Program-made: the position numbers and the translations under genes
Notes under the pieces: generated by a model
What the model was told of the DNA's origin: nothing
What the model saw: the letters and a program-made list of their open reading frames with translations, nothing else
The model's database searches: none
Shown here: positions 53,844-62,662 of the stretch, piece after piece
Numbering within the stretch: position 1 is the stretch's first letter
Layout of the letters: the number at the start of each line of letters is the position of its first letter
DNA from: an uncultured Acetobacteraceae bacterium
Lineage (GTDB): Bacteria > Pseudomonadota > Alphaproteobacteria > Acetobacterales > Acetobacteraceae
Reading direction: 5' to 3'
Assembly (NCBI GenBank): GCA_964236535.1
Contig: CAXSEF010000001.1
Location: 69,818-133,817 of the forward strand
Length of the DNA stretch: 64,000 nt

Positions 53844-55774
53844 GCTTGACCTGACCTGAGATCCGGCGGCGTCGCCTCGGCCGCGAGCAGGGCTACGGCG
53901 TCGGCGAGGTTGAGGACCTCCTGGGCCGGGCTGCCGAGGCGGCGCAGCGCGACGGTGCCTTCCTCGGCCTCGCGGCGGCCGACGACGAGCAGCAGCGGCA
54001 CGTGGGCGAGGCTGTGCTCGCGGACCTTGGCGTTGATCTTCTCGTTGCGCAGGTCGGTGCGGACGGAGAGGCCGGCGGCGCGGAGCTGGCCGGCGACGAT
54101 CTCGGCGTAGGGGTTGGCGTCGGAGACGATGGTGGCGACGACGGCCTGGACCGGGGCAAGCCAGAGCGGGAAGCGGCCGGCGTACTGCTCGATGAGGATG
54201 CCGAGGAAGCGCTCGAAGCTGCCGAGGATGGCGCGGTGGAGCATGACGGGGCGGACCTTGGCGCCGTCCTCGGCGATGTAGGCGGCGTCGAGGCGCGAGG
54301 GCAGGAAGAAGTCGACCTGCAGGGTGCCGCACTGCCAGTCGCGGCCGATGGCGTCGCGCAGGACGAACTCGAGCTTGGGGCCGTAGAAGGCGCCTTCGCC
54401 GGGGTTGACCTCGTAGTCCACGCCGGCGATGCGGCAAGCCTTGATGAGGGCGGCTTCGGCGCGGTCCCAGGTGGCGTCGTCGCCGGTGCGGGTGGTGGGG
54501 CGGTCGGCGAACTTGATGCGGAACTCGGGGAAGCCGAAGTCGGCGTAGACCGAGCGCAGCAGGGCCACGAAGCGGGCGGTCTCCTCGGCGACCTGGGCCT
54601 CGGTGCAGAAGATGTGGGCGTCGTCCTGGGTGAAGGCGCGGACGCGCATGATGCCGTGCAGGGCGCCGGAGGGTTCGTAGCGGTGGCAGGCGCCGAACTC
54701 GGCCATGCGCAGGGGCAGCTCGCGGTAGCTGCGCAGGCCGTGGTTGAAGATCTGGACGTGGCAGGGGCAGTTCATCGGCTTGAGGGCGAGGTCCTTGTCC
54801 TCGTCCTCGACGCGGGCGACGAACATGTGCTCGCGGTACTTTTCCCAGTGGCCGGAGCGTTCCCACAGGTTGCGGTCGACGAGCTGGGGGGTGCGGACCT
54901 CGGCGTAGCCGTTGGTGTCGAGGCGGCGGCGCATGTAGGACTCGCAGGTGCGATAGAGGCGCCAGCCCTTCTCGTGCCAGAAGATGCTGCCGGTGGCTTC
55001 CTCCTGGATGTGGAACAGGTCCATCTCGCGGCCGAGGCGGCGGTGGTCGCGGCGCTCGGCTTCCTCCAGGCGGTGCAGGTAGGCGTCGAGCTCCGATCTG
55101 TCGCGCCAGGCGGTGCCGTAGATGCGGCTGAGCATGGCGTTGCGGTGGTCGCCACGCCAGTACGCGCCGGCGACCTTCATCAGCTTGAAGGCGGGGCCGA
55201 TGTCGGCGGTGGCGCGCATGTGCGGGCCGCGGCAGAGGTCGATCCAGTCGCCCTGGCTGTAGAGGGTGATGACCTGGTCGATCCCGAGGTCGTGGATCAG
55301 CTCGGCCTTGTAGGACTCGCCGCGGGCCTCGAAGAAGGCGATGGCATCGTCGCGGTCGCGGACCTCGCGGGCGAAGGGGCTGTTGCGCGCGATGATCTCG
55401 CGCATGCGGGCCTCGATGGCGGGGAAGTCCTCGGTGGTGAACGGGGTGTCGCGGGCGAAGTCGTAGTAGAACCCGTCCTCGATCAAGGGGCCGATGGTGA
55501 CCTGGGTGCCGGGGTAGAGCGACTGCACGGCCTCGGCGAGCACGTGGGCGGTGTCGTGGCGGATCAGCTCCAGGGCGTCGGGGTCGCGGCGGGTGACGAA
55601 GCGGACCTGGGCGTCGTGCTCGATCGGGCGGGCGAGATCCTGGAGCGCACCGTCGACGCGCATCGCGAGTGCCGCCTTGGCGAGGCCGGGGCCGATGTCG
55701 GCGGCGAGCGCAGTGCCGGTCACCGGGGCCTCGAAGCGGCGGATCGAGCCGTCGGGCAGGGTGATTGCGGGCAT
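53798..55774 (-). CDS. thrS: Threonine--tRNA ligase
   Basis: 658 aa. Starts [14 protein letters not shown] (TGS domain). Contains HVLAEAV, class II motifs FRHEPSG-like ([11 protein letters not shown]) and [10 protein letters not shown]. Confidence 0.95.
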   Translation of the reverse strand: MPAITLPDGSIRRFEAPVTGTALAADIGPGLAKAALAMRVDGALQDLARPIEHDAQVRFVTRRDPDALELIRHDTAHVLAEAVQSLYPGTQVTIGPLIEDGFYYDFARDTPFTTEDFPAIEARMREIIARNSPFAREVRDRDDAIAFFEARGESYKAELIHDLGIDQVITLYSQGDWIDLCRGPHMRATADIGPAFKLMKVAGAYWRGDHRNAMLSRIYGTAWRDRSELDAYLHRLEEAERRDHRRLGREMDLFHIQEEATGSIFWHEKGWRLYRTCESYMRRRLDTNGYAEVRTPQLVDRNLWERSGHWEKYREHMFVARVEDEDKDLALKPMNCPCHVQIFNHGLRSYRELPLRMAEFGACHRYEPSGALHGIMRVRAFTQDDAHIFCTEAQVAEETARFVALLRSVYADFGFPEFRIKFADRPTTRTGDDATWDRAEAALIKACRIAGVDYEVNPGEGAFYGPKLEFVLRDAIGRDWQCGTLQVDFFLPSRLDAAYIAEDGAKVRPVMLHRAILGSFERFLGILIEQYAGRFPLWLAPVQAVVATIVSDANPYAEIVAGQLRAAGLSVRTDLRNEKINAKVREHSLAHVPLLLVVGRREAEEGTVALRRLGSPAQEVLNLADAVALLAAEATPPDLRSGQAAARPEALPLDSAGG

Positions 55775-55892
55775 GGCGCGGGCTCCTCGGGAATTGCGGG
55801 CCTGGGCGGCCCTGGCCTGACGCCAGGAAGGGCGTTGCGCTCAGGCGTCGACGGGCCGGGTGTCGGCAGGGCGGGCGACGTTCTCTATGGCG

Positions 55893-56927
55893 TCAGGCCA
55901 GGGCCGCCGCAACCTGTTCGGTGCCGAGCTGGCGGAGGTCGGCCACGCGCAGCACCGCGACCTGGCCCGGGGCGCCGCGCGGGGCGGTGAGCGCGGGGTC
56001 GCTGGTGTCGGAGAACAGCACCAGGCAGCGCCGGCCGAGTGCTGCGGCGAGGTGCATCGGGCCGGTGTCGTTGCCGACGACGAGGCTGGCGCCGGCGAGC
56101 ACGGCGGCCAGCGTCGCGAGGTCGGTGCGGCCCGTGAGGTCGGTGGCGTCCGGGCAGGCGGTGCGGATGGCGGCGGCGAGCGGGCCGTCGACGGAGCTGC
56201 CCACGACGACCGCGGCGAGGCCGCGCCTGTGCAGGGTGCGGGCCAGCTGGCCGAAGCGCTCGGCCGGCCAGCGCTTCTCCGGCCGGTGCGGGGCGGCGCC
56301 AGGCACCAGCACGGCGAAGGCTGCGGGCAGCGGCGGGACCGGCGCGGCGGCAAGCCAGGCGAGGTCGGGCCATGGCGACGCGACGGCGGGCGACGCGACG
56401 GCTGCGGCCGGACGCGCGGCAGCGGGTTCGGCCGGTGCTGGGATACCGGCGTGGGCGAGCTGGTCGCGCTGGCGGTCGATCGTGTGAATGGCGTTGCGGG
56501 CGGGGTTGGCGTGCGGCAGCGAGCAGCCGGGCGCGATGCCGGACCAGGGCGGGCGGCCGGCGAGGCGGTGGTAGTGTCCGGACCGGGCGGAGGTCTGCAG
56601 GTCGTAGACCAGGTCGTAGCCTGGGCCTGGGCCGCGGCCGGGTCCGTCGCCTGGGCCGGGGTCTGCGGCGCTGTGGGGGCCGCGCAGGGTGCGGCGCAGG
56701 CGCACGAGGCCGGGGAGGTCCCACCACTGGGGGCGGCGATCGATGTCCACGTGGTCGAACCAGGGCGCGCGCGCGGCGAGCGGCGCGAATGGCCGCGTGG
56801 TGAGCAGGGTGATGCGGGCGCCGGGATGGTGGGCGCGGATCGCGGCGAAGGCGGGAAAGGAGAGCACGAAGTCGCCGAGCGCGCCGAGGCGGATCACCAG
56901 GATGCGCAAGGCGGGCTCAGCGCGCAT
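55893..56927 (-). CDS. Glycosyltransferase family 9 (heptosyltransferase-like)
   Basis: 344 aa. Contains RILVIRLGALGDFVLSFPAFAAIRAHHP, GAAPHRPEKRWP and VVGNDTGPMHLAAA. Confidence 0.85.
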   Translation of the reverse strand: MRAEPALRILVIRLGALGDFVLSFPAFAAIRAHHPGARITLLTTRPFAPLAARAPWFDHVDIDRRPQWWDLPGLVRLRRTLRGPHSAADPGPGDGPGRGPGPGYDLVYDLQTSARSGHYHRLAGRPPWSGIAPGCSLPHANPARNAIHTIDRQRDQLAHAGIPAPAEPAAARPAAAVASPAVASPWPDLAWLAAAPVPPLPAAFAVLVPGAAPHRPEKRWPAERFGQLARTLHRRGLAAVVVGSSVDGPLAAAIRTACPDATDLTGRTDLATLAAVLAGASLVVGNDTGPMHLAAALGRRCLVLFSDTSDPALTAPRGAPGQVAVLRVADLRQLGTEQVAAALA

Positions 56928-56933
56928 GCGCGC

Positions 56934-58109
56934 TCAGCCGAGCAGCTCGTTGTAGACGGCCAGCGTCGCCGCCTGCATGCGGCTCGCGGTGAAGCGGGCG
57001 AGCACGGCCGCGCGGGCCTGCGCGGCGAGCAGCGCGCGCTCGTCCTCGGTCAGACGCAGGACCACGTCGAGCGTGGCAGCGAGTGCGGCGGCGTCATGGG
57101 CGGGCACCCTCCAGCCGGTGACGCCGGGCTCGACGGTCTCTGCCGCCCCGCCCAGCGCGCCGGCGATCACCGGGCGGCCCATGGCCTGCGCCTCGATCAC
57201 CACGCGGCCGAACGGTTCGGGGCGCAGCGAGGCGCTGACCACGACATCGGCGAGCATCAGGGCGGCGGGCATGTCATCGCAGTGGCCGGCAAGGCGCAGG
57301 CGGCGGCTCAGGCCGAGGCGGTCGGCGTGGGCGAGCAGTTCGGCGACGTAGCGCTCCCGGCCGTCCTCGCCGCCGACGAACACCGCGCACAGGTCGGGGC
57401 GGTCGAGGCGGGCGAGGGCGTCGAGCAGGATGCCATGGCCCTTCCAGCGGGTCAGGCGCGCCGGCAGCATCACCACACGCATGCCGTCCGGGACGCGCCA
57501 GGCGCTGGCCAGGCGGTACAGGCGCTCGCCGGAAACGATGTTCGGGTCGAAGGCCGTGGGATCGACGCCGCGCGGGATGACGCGCAGGCGGGCGGCGGGG
57601 ACGGCGTGGCGGTCGGCGAGCTGGCGGGCGACATAGTCGCTGATGGCGATGACCCGCTCGCCGCGCGCCATCACCGCGTTGTAGGCGCGCTTGCCCGGCA
57701 GCCCTTCGCCGTAGACGCCGTGCCAGGTGGTGACGAAGCGGGTGGGGGTGCGGCGCGCCGCGAGCCAGGCCGACCAGCCGGGGGCACGCGAGCGGGCGTG
57801 CACCAGGTCGACGCGCTCGCTGCGGATCAGCGCGGCGAGACGGGCGGCGTTGCGCCAGATGCTGAGCGGGTCCTTGGTCATCAGGTCGAGCCAGACATGC
57901 CGGCCGCCGGCGTGCTCGACGAGCTTGACCATGCGGCCGCCTGCGCTCGCGACCAGGGCACGGCCGCCGGCGTCGGTGATCGCCTGGGTCATCTCGACGG
58001 TGCCGCGCTCGACGCCGCCCGCGGACAGCGCGGGGAGAACCTGCAGGATCGTGGCGCCTGGTGGCAGGTCGGGCCGCGTCTCCGGGAGTGGGTGTGGGTG
58101 CAGCAGCAT
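56934..58109 (-). CDS. Glycosyltransferase family 4 (GT-B, group 1)
   Basis: Start set at ATG 58109 (MLLHPHP...). 391 aa. Contains ILQVLPALSAGGVERG and the C-terminal EPFGRVVIEAQAMGRPVIA (EX7E region). Confidence 0.82.
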   Translation of the reverse strand: MLLHPHPLPETRPDLPPGATILQVLPALSAGGVERGTVEMTQAITDAGGRALVASAGGRMVKLVEHAGGRHVWLDLMTKDPLSIWRNAARLAALIRSERVDLVHARSRAPGWSAWLAARRTPTRFVTTWHGVYGEGLPGKRAYNAVMARGERVIAISDYVARQLADRHAVPAARLRVIPRGVDPTAFDPNIVSGERLYRLASAWRVPDGMRVVMLPARLTRWKGHGILLDALARLDRPDLCAVFVGGEDGRERYVAELLAHADRLGLSRRLRLAGHCDDMPAALMLADVVVSASLRPEPFGRVVIEAQAMGRPVIAGALGGAAETVEPGVTGWRVPAHDAAALAATLDVVLRLTEDERALLAAQARAAVLARFTASRMQAATLAVYNELLG

Positions 58110-58204
58110 GGCCGCCGGCTCATAGCATGGGCTGCCGGGGGGGCCAGCACCGGCGCGGCTGCCAGGGGATGCCCGCCGGGCGGCAGGGCCTATATGGCTA
58201 CGCC

Positions 58205-58714
58205 GTGAGCAAGCGCCGCCCTGTCGATCCGCGCCAGGCCGACCTGTTCGAGGCTCCGGCCCCGAGCGGGCGGGATGACGACGAGCCGGCGAGCCCGAGC
58301 GAAGGCGAGGGTCCTGCCCATGACCCGCAAGGGGCCGGGATGCCGGCCGACCCCGTGTTGGCAAGGCCGCGCCCCGCACGGGTCGCTGCGCCCGCCGAGC
58401 CGAGGGCCGGGGATGAGATCGGGCGAGTGCAGTTCCGCCGCGTCGAGCCTGCGGGCTACCGCGCGACCGACCGGCCGGATGCGTTCCTGTACAGCGTCGT
58501 CACGCGCGACGTGGCCGAACGGCTGCTGTGCCGTGGCATGCCTCGTCAGGATCTGCCGCTTCTGGTCGAACGCGACGCCGTGGCAGGACTTCTGGCAGCG
58601 GTCGGGGCCGAGCTCGGCTGGAGCGACGAGCAGCCCGGCTGCATTGTCGTGCTGCGGGTTCGCCGCGGCGAGGTCGGCGGCGATGTGCCCCAGGCGCTGC
58701 GGCGGGCTGGGTGA
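58205..58714 (+). CDS. Hypothetical protein (disordered N-terminal half, ~90-aa folded C-terminal half)
   Basis: GTG 58205 is the first plausible start (MSKRRPVDPRQADLFE...). Its stop overlaps the next gene's GTG (GTGA). No family recognised. Confidence 0.45.
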   Translation: MSKRRPVDPRQADLFEAPAPSGRDDDEPASPSEGEGPAHDPQGAGMPADPVLARPRPARVAAPAEPRAGDEIGRVQFRRVEPAGYRATDRPDAFLYSVVTRDVAERLLCRGMPRQDLPLLVERDAVAGLLAAVGAELGWSDEQPGCIVVLRVRRGEVGGDVPQALRRAG

Positions 58715-59499
58715 GCGGCGTGGAGATGCTCGACCGCGGCGACGGCGTGCGGCTCGCGCAGATCGCGCAGGCGGGGCGTTCGCCGACCGTGGTGTTCCTG
58801 CCCGGCTTCCGCAGCGACATGGCAGACGAGAAGGCGACGGCGTTGGCGGCGTTCTGCACATCGCGCGGCCAGGCGATGCTGCGACTCGATTTGTCCGGGC
58901 AGGGGCGCAGCGGGGGGCGGTTCGAGGACGGCACCATCGGGCGCTGGGCGGCCGACGCACTGGTGCTGCTGGACCGTGTCGCGGGGCCGCTGCTGCTGGT
59001 GGGCTCGTCGATGGGCGGGTGGATCGCGCTGCTGCTGGCGCTGGCGCGACCGGAGCGGGTCGTGGGGCTGGTCGGCGTCGCCGCCGCACCGGACTTCACC
59101 GAGGAGCTGATGTGGGGCGCGATGCTTCCGGTCGAGCAGGAGGCGCTGCTGCGTCACGGGGTGCTGATGGTGCCGAACGCCTACGGCCCGGCATTCCCGC
59201 TGACGCTGGCGCTGATCGAGGACGGGCGGCGGCATCTGCTGCTGGGCGGCCCGATCGCGCTGCGCTGCCCGGTGCGGCTGCTGCATGGGCAGGCGGATAC
59301 GGAGGTGCCGTGGCAGACGGCGCTGCGGATCGCCGGGCGGCTGGAAGGCGACGACGTGCGGGTGACGCTGGTCAAGGATGCGACGCACCGGTTCTCGCGG
59401 GCGCCGGACCTGGTAGTGGTGTGCTCGGCGGTGGGGGAGCTGCTGGACAAAGGCGGGGGAAAGCCAGGCTGGGCTCCGCCAGGACCCGCTGGGGCCTGA
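58711..59499 (+). CDS. Alpha/beta-fold hydrolase (start at GTG 58711 or ATG 58726)
   Basis: Contains VVFLPGFRSDM, the nucleophile elbow GSSMGG, and LLHGQADTEVP...THRF. The last 13 codons lie inside a stacked-hairpin repeat. Confidence 0.8.
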   Translation: MSGVEMLDRGDGVRLAQIAQAGRSPTVVFLPGFRSDMADEKATALAAFCTSRGQAMLRLDLSGQGRSGGRFEDGTIGRWAADALVLLDRVAGPLLLVGSSMGGWIALLLALARPERVVGLVGVAAAPDFTEELMWGAMLPVEQEALLRHGVLMVPNAYGPAFPLTLALIEDGRRHLLLGGPIALRCPVRLLHGQADTEVPWQTALRIAGRLEGDDVRVTLVKDATHRFSRAPDLVVVCSAVGELLDKGGGKPGWAPPGPAGA

Positions 59500-59612
59500 G
59501 GCCCCAGACCCACACATGTCTGGGGGCAAGCCCGGCTTGTAGTGCCGCTGGCTCGAAGTCGTGGTTTCCGAAGGGCTCTGCCTTCTGGCGGGTCCGGGTA
59601 GAGACCGGCTGC
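59461..59612. repeat. Stacked-hairpin repeat, full-length variant with A-type modules at both ends
   Basis: Left part is aagccaggctgggctccgccaggacccgCTGGGGCCtgaGGCCCCAGaccc. Right part is tttccgaagggctctgccttctggcgggtccgggtagagaccggctgc. It is followed directly by CTA, the complement of the SDR gene's TAG. Confidence 0.75.
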
Positions 59613-60485
59613 CTACTGGGCCTCCGCCGCGAGGATTGCCGCAAGCCCGTCGCGGTAGGTCGGGTAGCGCCAGCGCAGCCCGAGGGCGCGCTGGGTCGCC
59701 TCGCACGCGACCTTGCGGTCCTCGGCCCAGAACGACAGCGCCATCGGGCTCATCGTGCCCATGGCGGCTGCGAAATCCAGCTCGGGCGGCGGGTCAATGC
59801 CGAGCAGGCGGGCGGCCTCGGCGATGTAGTCGGCGCTCTCGGCGGGTGCGTCGTCGGACAGGTTGAGCACGCGCGGGCGGGCGACGTCCTGGGCCATGGC
59901 AGCCAGCACGGCCGCAGCGATGTCGTCGCGGTGGATGCGGCCGAACATGTGTCCGGTCTTGCGCACGCGGCGCGCCCGGCCGGCGCGCAGCTCGGCGAAC
60001 GGAGAGCGGCCCGGGCCGTAGATGCCGGCGAGGCGGAACAGGTCGAGCCGGTCGCCGGTGACGCCACGCCAGGCGGCCTCGGCCTCGACGCGGCGGCAGC
60101 CGCGGGCGGAACGCGGCGCGACCGGGGTGGTCTCGTCGACCCAGGCGCCGCCGCGGTCGCCATAGACGCCCGTGGTGGACAGGTAGCCGACCCAGGCGAG
60201 GCGCGGGGCGGCGGCGATGGCGGCAGCGTGGCGGGCGAGGACCGGGTCGCCGGGCTGGCCGGGGTCGGCCTCGGTGGGCGCGGCGGTGGCGAGGATGTGG
60301 GTGGCGGCGGGCAGGATCTCGTCCGCGGCGTCGAAGGGGATGACGTCGATGCCGGGCGGGGTCGCCTGGGGCGCGGCAGGGCCACGATGGGTGCCGGTGA
60401 CCGTCCAGCCGGCGACGGCGGCGCGGCGGGCGACCTCGGTGCCGCAGTAGCCCAGGCCGAAGACGAGAAGATGACGCGCGCTCAT
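59613..60485 (-). CDS. NAD(P)-binding SDR / epimerase-family protein
   Basis: 290 aa. Starts LLVFGLGYCGTEVARR (a Rossmann GxGxxG variant). Contains YLSTTGVYGD and RLAGIYGPGR. Confidence 0.75.
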   Translation of the reverse strand: MSARHLLVFGLGYCGTEVARRAAVAGWTVTGTHRGPAAPQATPPGIDVIPFDAADEILPAATHILATAAPTEADPGQPGDPVLARHAAAIAAAPRLAWVGYLSTTGVYGDRGGAWVDETTPVAPRSARGCRRVEAEAAWRGVTGDRLDLFRLAGIYGPGRSPFAELRAGRARRVRKTGHMFGRIHRDDIAAAVLAAMAQDVARPRVLNLSDDAPAESADYIAEAARLLGIDPPPELDFAAAMGTMSPMALSFWAEDRKVACEATQRALGLRWRYPTYRDGLAAILAAEAQ

Positions 60486-60526
60486 GGTGGTTTGCCGCTC
60501 CCCGGGCTGGCTTGTAGGCTGGGCTC

Positions 60527-61666
60527 ATGAGTACACGCACGGCACTCTTTGGCGGGGCCGGCCTCCTGCTGGCCAGCCTTGCCGTCGCCTGGATGGCGGG
60601 GCCCGGAAGTCCCAGGCGTGCGGCTCCTGCGCTGGAGGCCGCGGCAATGGGCGCTCCAGCGGGCGTCCTTGCGGATCCTGCCGTTACGGGACAGCCGGGT
60701 CGGTCCGGCGGGGCTGCGGCGTCCGGCCTGGCGGATGGCGCCGCTGCGCAGGTGGCGTCGGCGCACTCCGCTGCAAGCGCCGGCACCGCCGCCGGTGCGA
60801 ACGGCGGAGCGAGTGCCGGGCCGGGCGAGGCACCCTCCCCTGTCGCTGCCGCGGTGCCGGCGCCCGGCGAGGGGCCGGGGGTTGCGGGGCCCGATGGCGT
60901 GCCCGCAGCCGAGGCGCCGGACCACGCGGCGACGGAGGGCGATGCCGGAGAGGCGCTGCCGCTGCCGCCGGTGTCGCCTCGGCTGGGCGAGGGCCGCGAC
61001 TACGAGCACTGCATGGACATGATGGCGAGCGATCCGTCCGGCGCGCTGGCCTTCGCCGAGGCGTGGGTGGCGACCGGCGGCGGCGACAGCGCACAGCACT
61101 GTCAGGCGCTGGCGCAGGTCGAGCTGGGCGACCCAGGGGTCGGCGCCGAGCTGCTCGATCGGGTGGCGCAGACCAGCGCCGCGCCGGCGCTGTCGCGTGC
61201 GGCGGTGTTCGGGCAGGCGGACCAGGCGTGGATGATGGCCGGCGACGCAGGGCGGGCCTATGCTTCGGCGACGCTGGCCCTGACGCTGTCGCCCGACGAC
61301 CCGGACCTGCTGATCGACCGTGCGGTGGCCGCAGCAACGCTGGGGCGGTTCCGCGAGGTCACCGACGACCTCGACCGGGCGCTCGAGCTGGAGCCGCGCC
61401 GGGTGGACGCGCTGGTGTATCGCGCGGCGGCGCAGCGGCACCTGGAGCACCTCGATCTCGCCTCGGACGACCTCGCGCGAGCCTTCTCGCTCGACCCGGA
61501 CGACCCGGACGCGCTGCTGGAGCGCGGGATCGACCGGCAGCGCGCCGGCGACCTGACAGGCGCACGGGCCGACTGGGAGCGGGCGACGGCGCTCGCCCCG
61601 GACACGCCGACCGGGGATCTGGCGCAGCAGGACCTGTCGCTGCTGGAGGCGGGGCCGCCGCGGTAG
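60527..61666 (+). CDS. Membrane-anchored or secreted tetratricopeptide-repeat protein
   Basis: 379 aa. It has an N-terminal hydrophobic segment LFGGAGLLLASLAVAW, an Ala/Gly/Pro-rich linker, then TPR-like helices (AYASATLALTLSPDDPDLLIDRA..., ALELEPRRVDALVYRA). Confidence 0.75.
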   Translation: MSTRTALFGGAGLLLASLAVAWMAGPGSPRRAAPALEAAAMGAPAGVLADPAVTGQPGRSGGAAASGLADGAAAQVASAHSAASAGTAAGANGGASAGPGEAPSPVAAAVPAPGEGPGVAGPDGVPAAEAPDHAATEGDAGEALPLPPVSPRLGEGRDYEHCMDMMASDPSGALAFAEAWVATGGGDSAQHCQALAQVELGDPGVGAELLDRVAQTSAAPALSRAAVFGQADQAWMMAGDAGRAYASATLALTLSPDDPDLLIDRAVAAATLGRFREVTDDLDRALELEPRRVDALVYRAAAQRHLEHLDLASDDLARAFSLDPDDPDALLERGIDRQRAGDLTGARADWERATALAPDTPTGDLAQQDLSLLEAGPPR

Positions 61667-61824
61667 GAAGGCAGGGCCTGGGCTTTGCCCAGACCCGCCA
61701 GGGGCGAGCCGCCCCTCGACCGGCCCATGGAAGGCAGAGGGCGGGGCAGTGTGCTTTTCATGTGTGGGGCTGGGGCTCAGGCCCAGCGGAGTCCAGAGGC
61801 GGCGCCTCTGGACTGCCTTGCTCC
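61667..61824 (+). repeat. Stacked-hairpin repeat, full copy
   Basis: It begins immediately after the TAG of the TPR gene: gaaggcagggcCTGGGCtttGCCCAGacccgccagggg. It ends ggGGCTcagGCCCagcggagtCCAGAGGCggcGCCTCTGGactgccttgctcc. Confidence 0.8.
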
Positions 61825-61828
61825 GGAC

Positions 61829-62497
61829 TCAGAAGTCGAGGTCCGGGTAGTGCGCCGGCGGGATGACGCCGCTGACGCGGTCCTGCAGCAGCGGGCGGAA
61901 GCTGGGGCGCGACTTCATCCGCGCGTACCACTCCCGCGCCGGCTGGGACAGCGACCAGTCGACGTCGGAGGCGAAGTCGAGCGCCGAAAGGTGGCCGGCG
62001 GCGGCGAAGTCAGCGAGCGAGAGGGTGTCGCCAGCGAGCCAGCGCCGGGTCTCGGCGAGCCAGCCCAGGTAGGCGAGGTGGTGGCGCAGGTTGGCGTAGC
62101 CGGCGCGCAGGGCGGCTGCGTCGGGCTCGCCGCGGCCGGACAGGCGCTTCATGAACTTCTCGCCGAGCAGGTTGGCGGTGACGTCGGACGCGAACTTGCC
62201 GTCGAACCAGGCGACGAGCCGGCGGACCTCGATCCGCTCGGCGAAGCTGCTGCCGAGCAGGGGCATGTCGGGATAGACCTCCTCGAGGTACTCGCCGATG
62301 ACGCCGGAATCGGGCACCACGAGGCCGCTGTCTTCGACCAGGGTGGGGACGGTGCCGGCTGGGTTCATCTCTAGGTATTCGGGGCGGCGCTCCCAGACCT
62401 TCTCGACGCGCAGCTCGAACGGCAGGCGCTTCTCGGACAGCACGAGGCGGACCTTGCGGGCGGTGGGCGACAGAGGGAGGTGGTACAGGACGCGCAT
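61829..62497 (-). CDS. Glutathione S-transferase
   Basis: 222 aa. Starts MRVLYHLPLSPTARKVRLVLSEK, contains NPAGTVPTLVED, and has a C-terminal helical domain with LSLADFAAAG. Confidence 0.85.
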   Translation of the reverse strand: MRVLYHLPLSPTARKVRLVLSEKRLPFELRVEKVWERRPEYLEMNPAGTVPTLVEDSGLVVPDSGVIGEYLEEVYPDMPLLGSSFAERIEVRRLVAWFDGKFASDVTANLLGEKFMKRLSGRGEPDAAALRAGYANLRHHLAYLGWLAETRRWLAGDTLSLADFAAAGHLSALDFASDVDWSLSQPAREWYARMKSRPSFRPLLQDRVSGVIPPAHYPDLDF

Positions 62498-62662
62498 TGC
62501 CGGCGCTTATCGCACCCGCGGTCCGGCGCGCCAAGGGATGCACGCATGACGTGTGTCACGGCGCCCGGCTAAGGAAGCGGGGCGACACGGGCTGTCTGTG
62601 CCTGCCCATCTGGCCTGCCCCGGCGGAGCCGGGCGGAACCCCGCCTCGCCTGCCGCTGGGCT

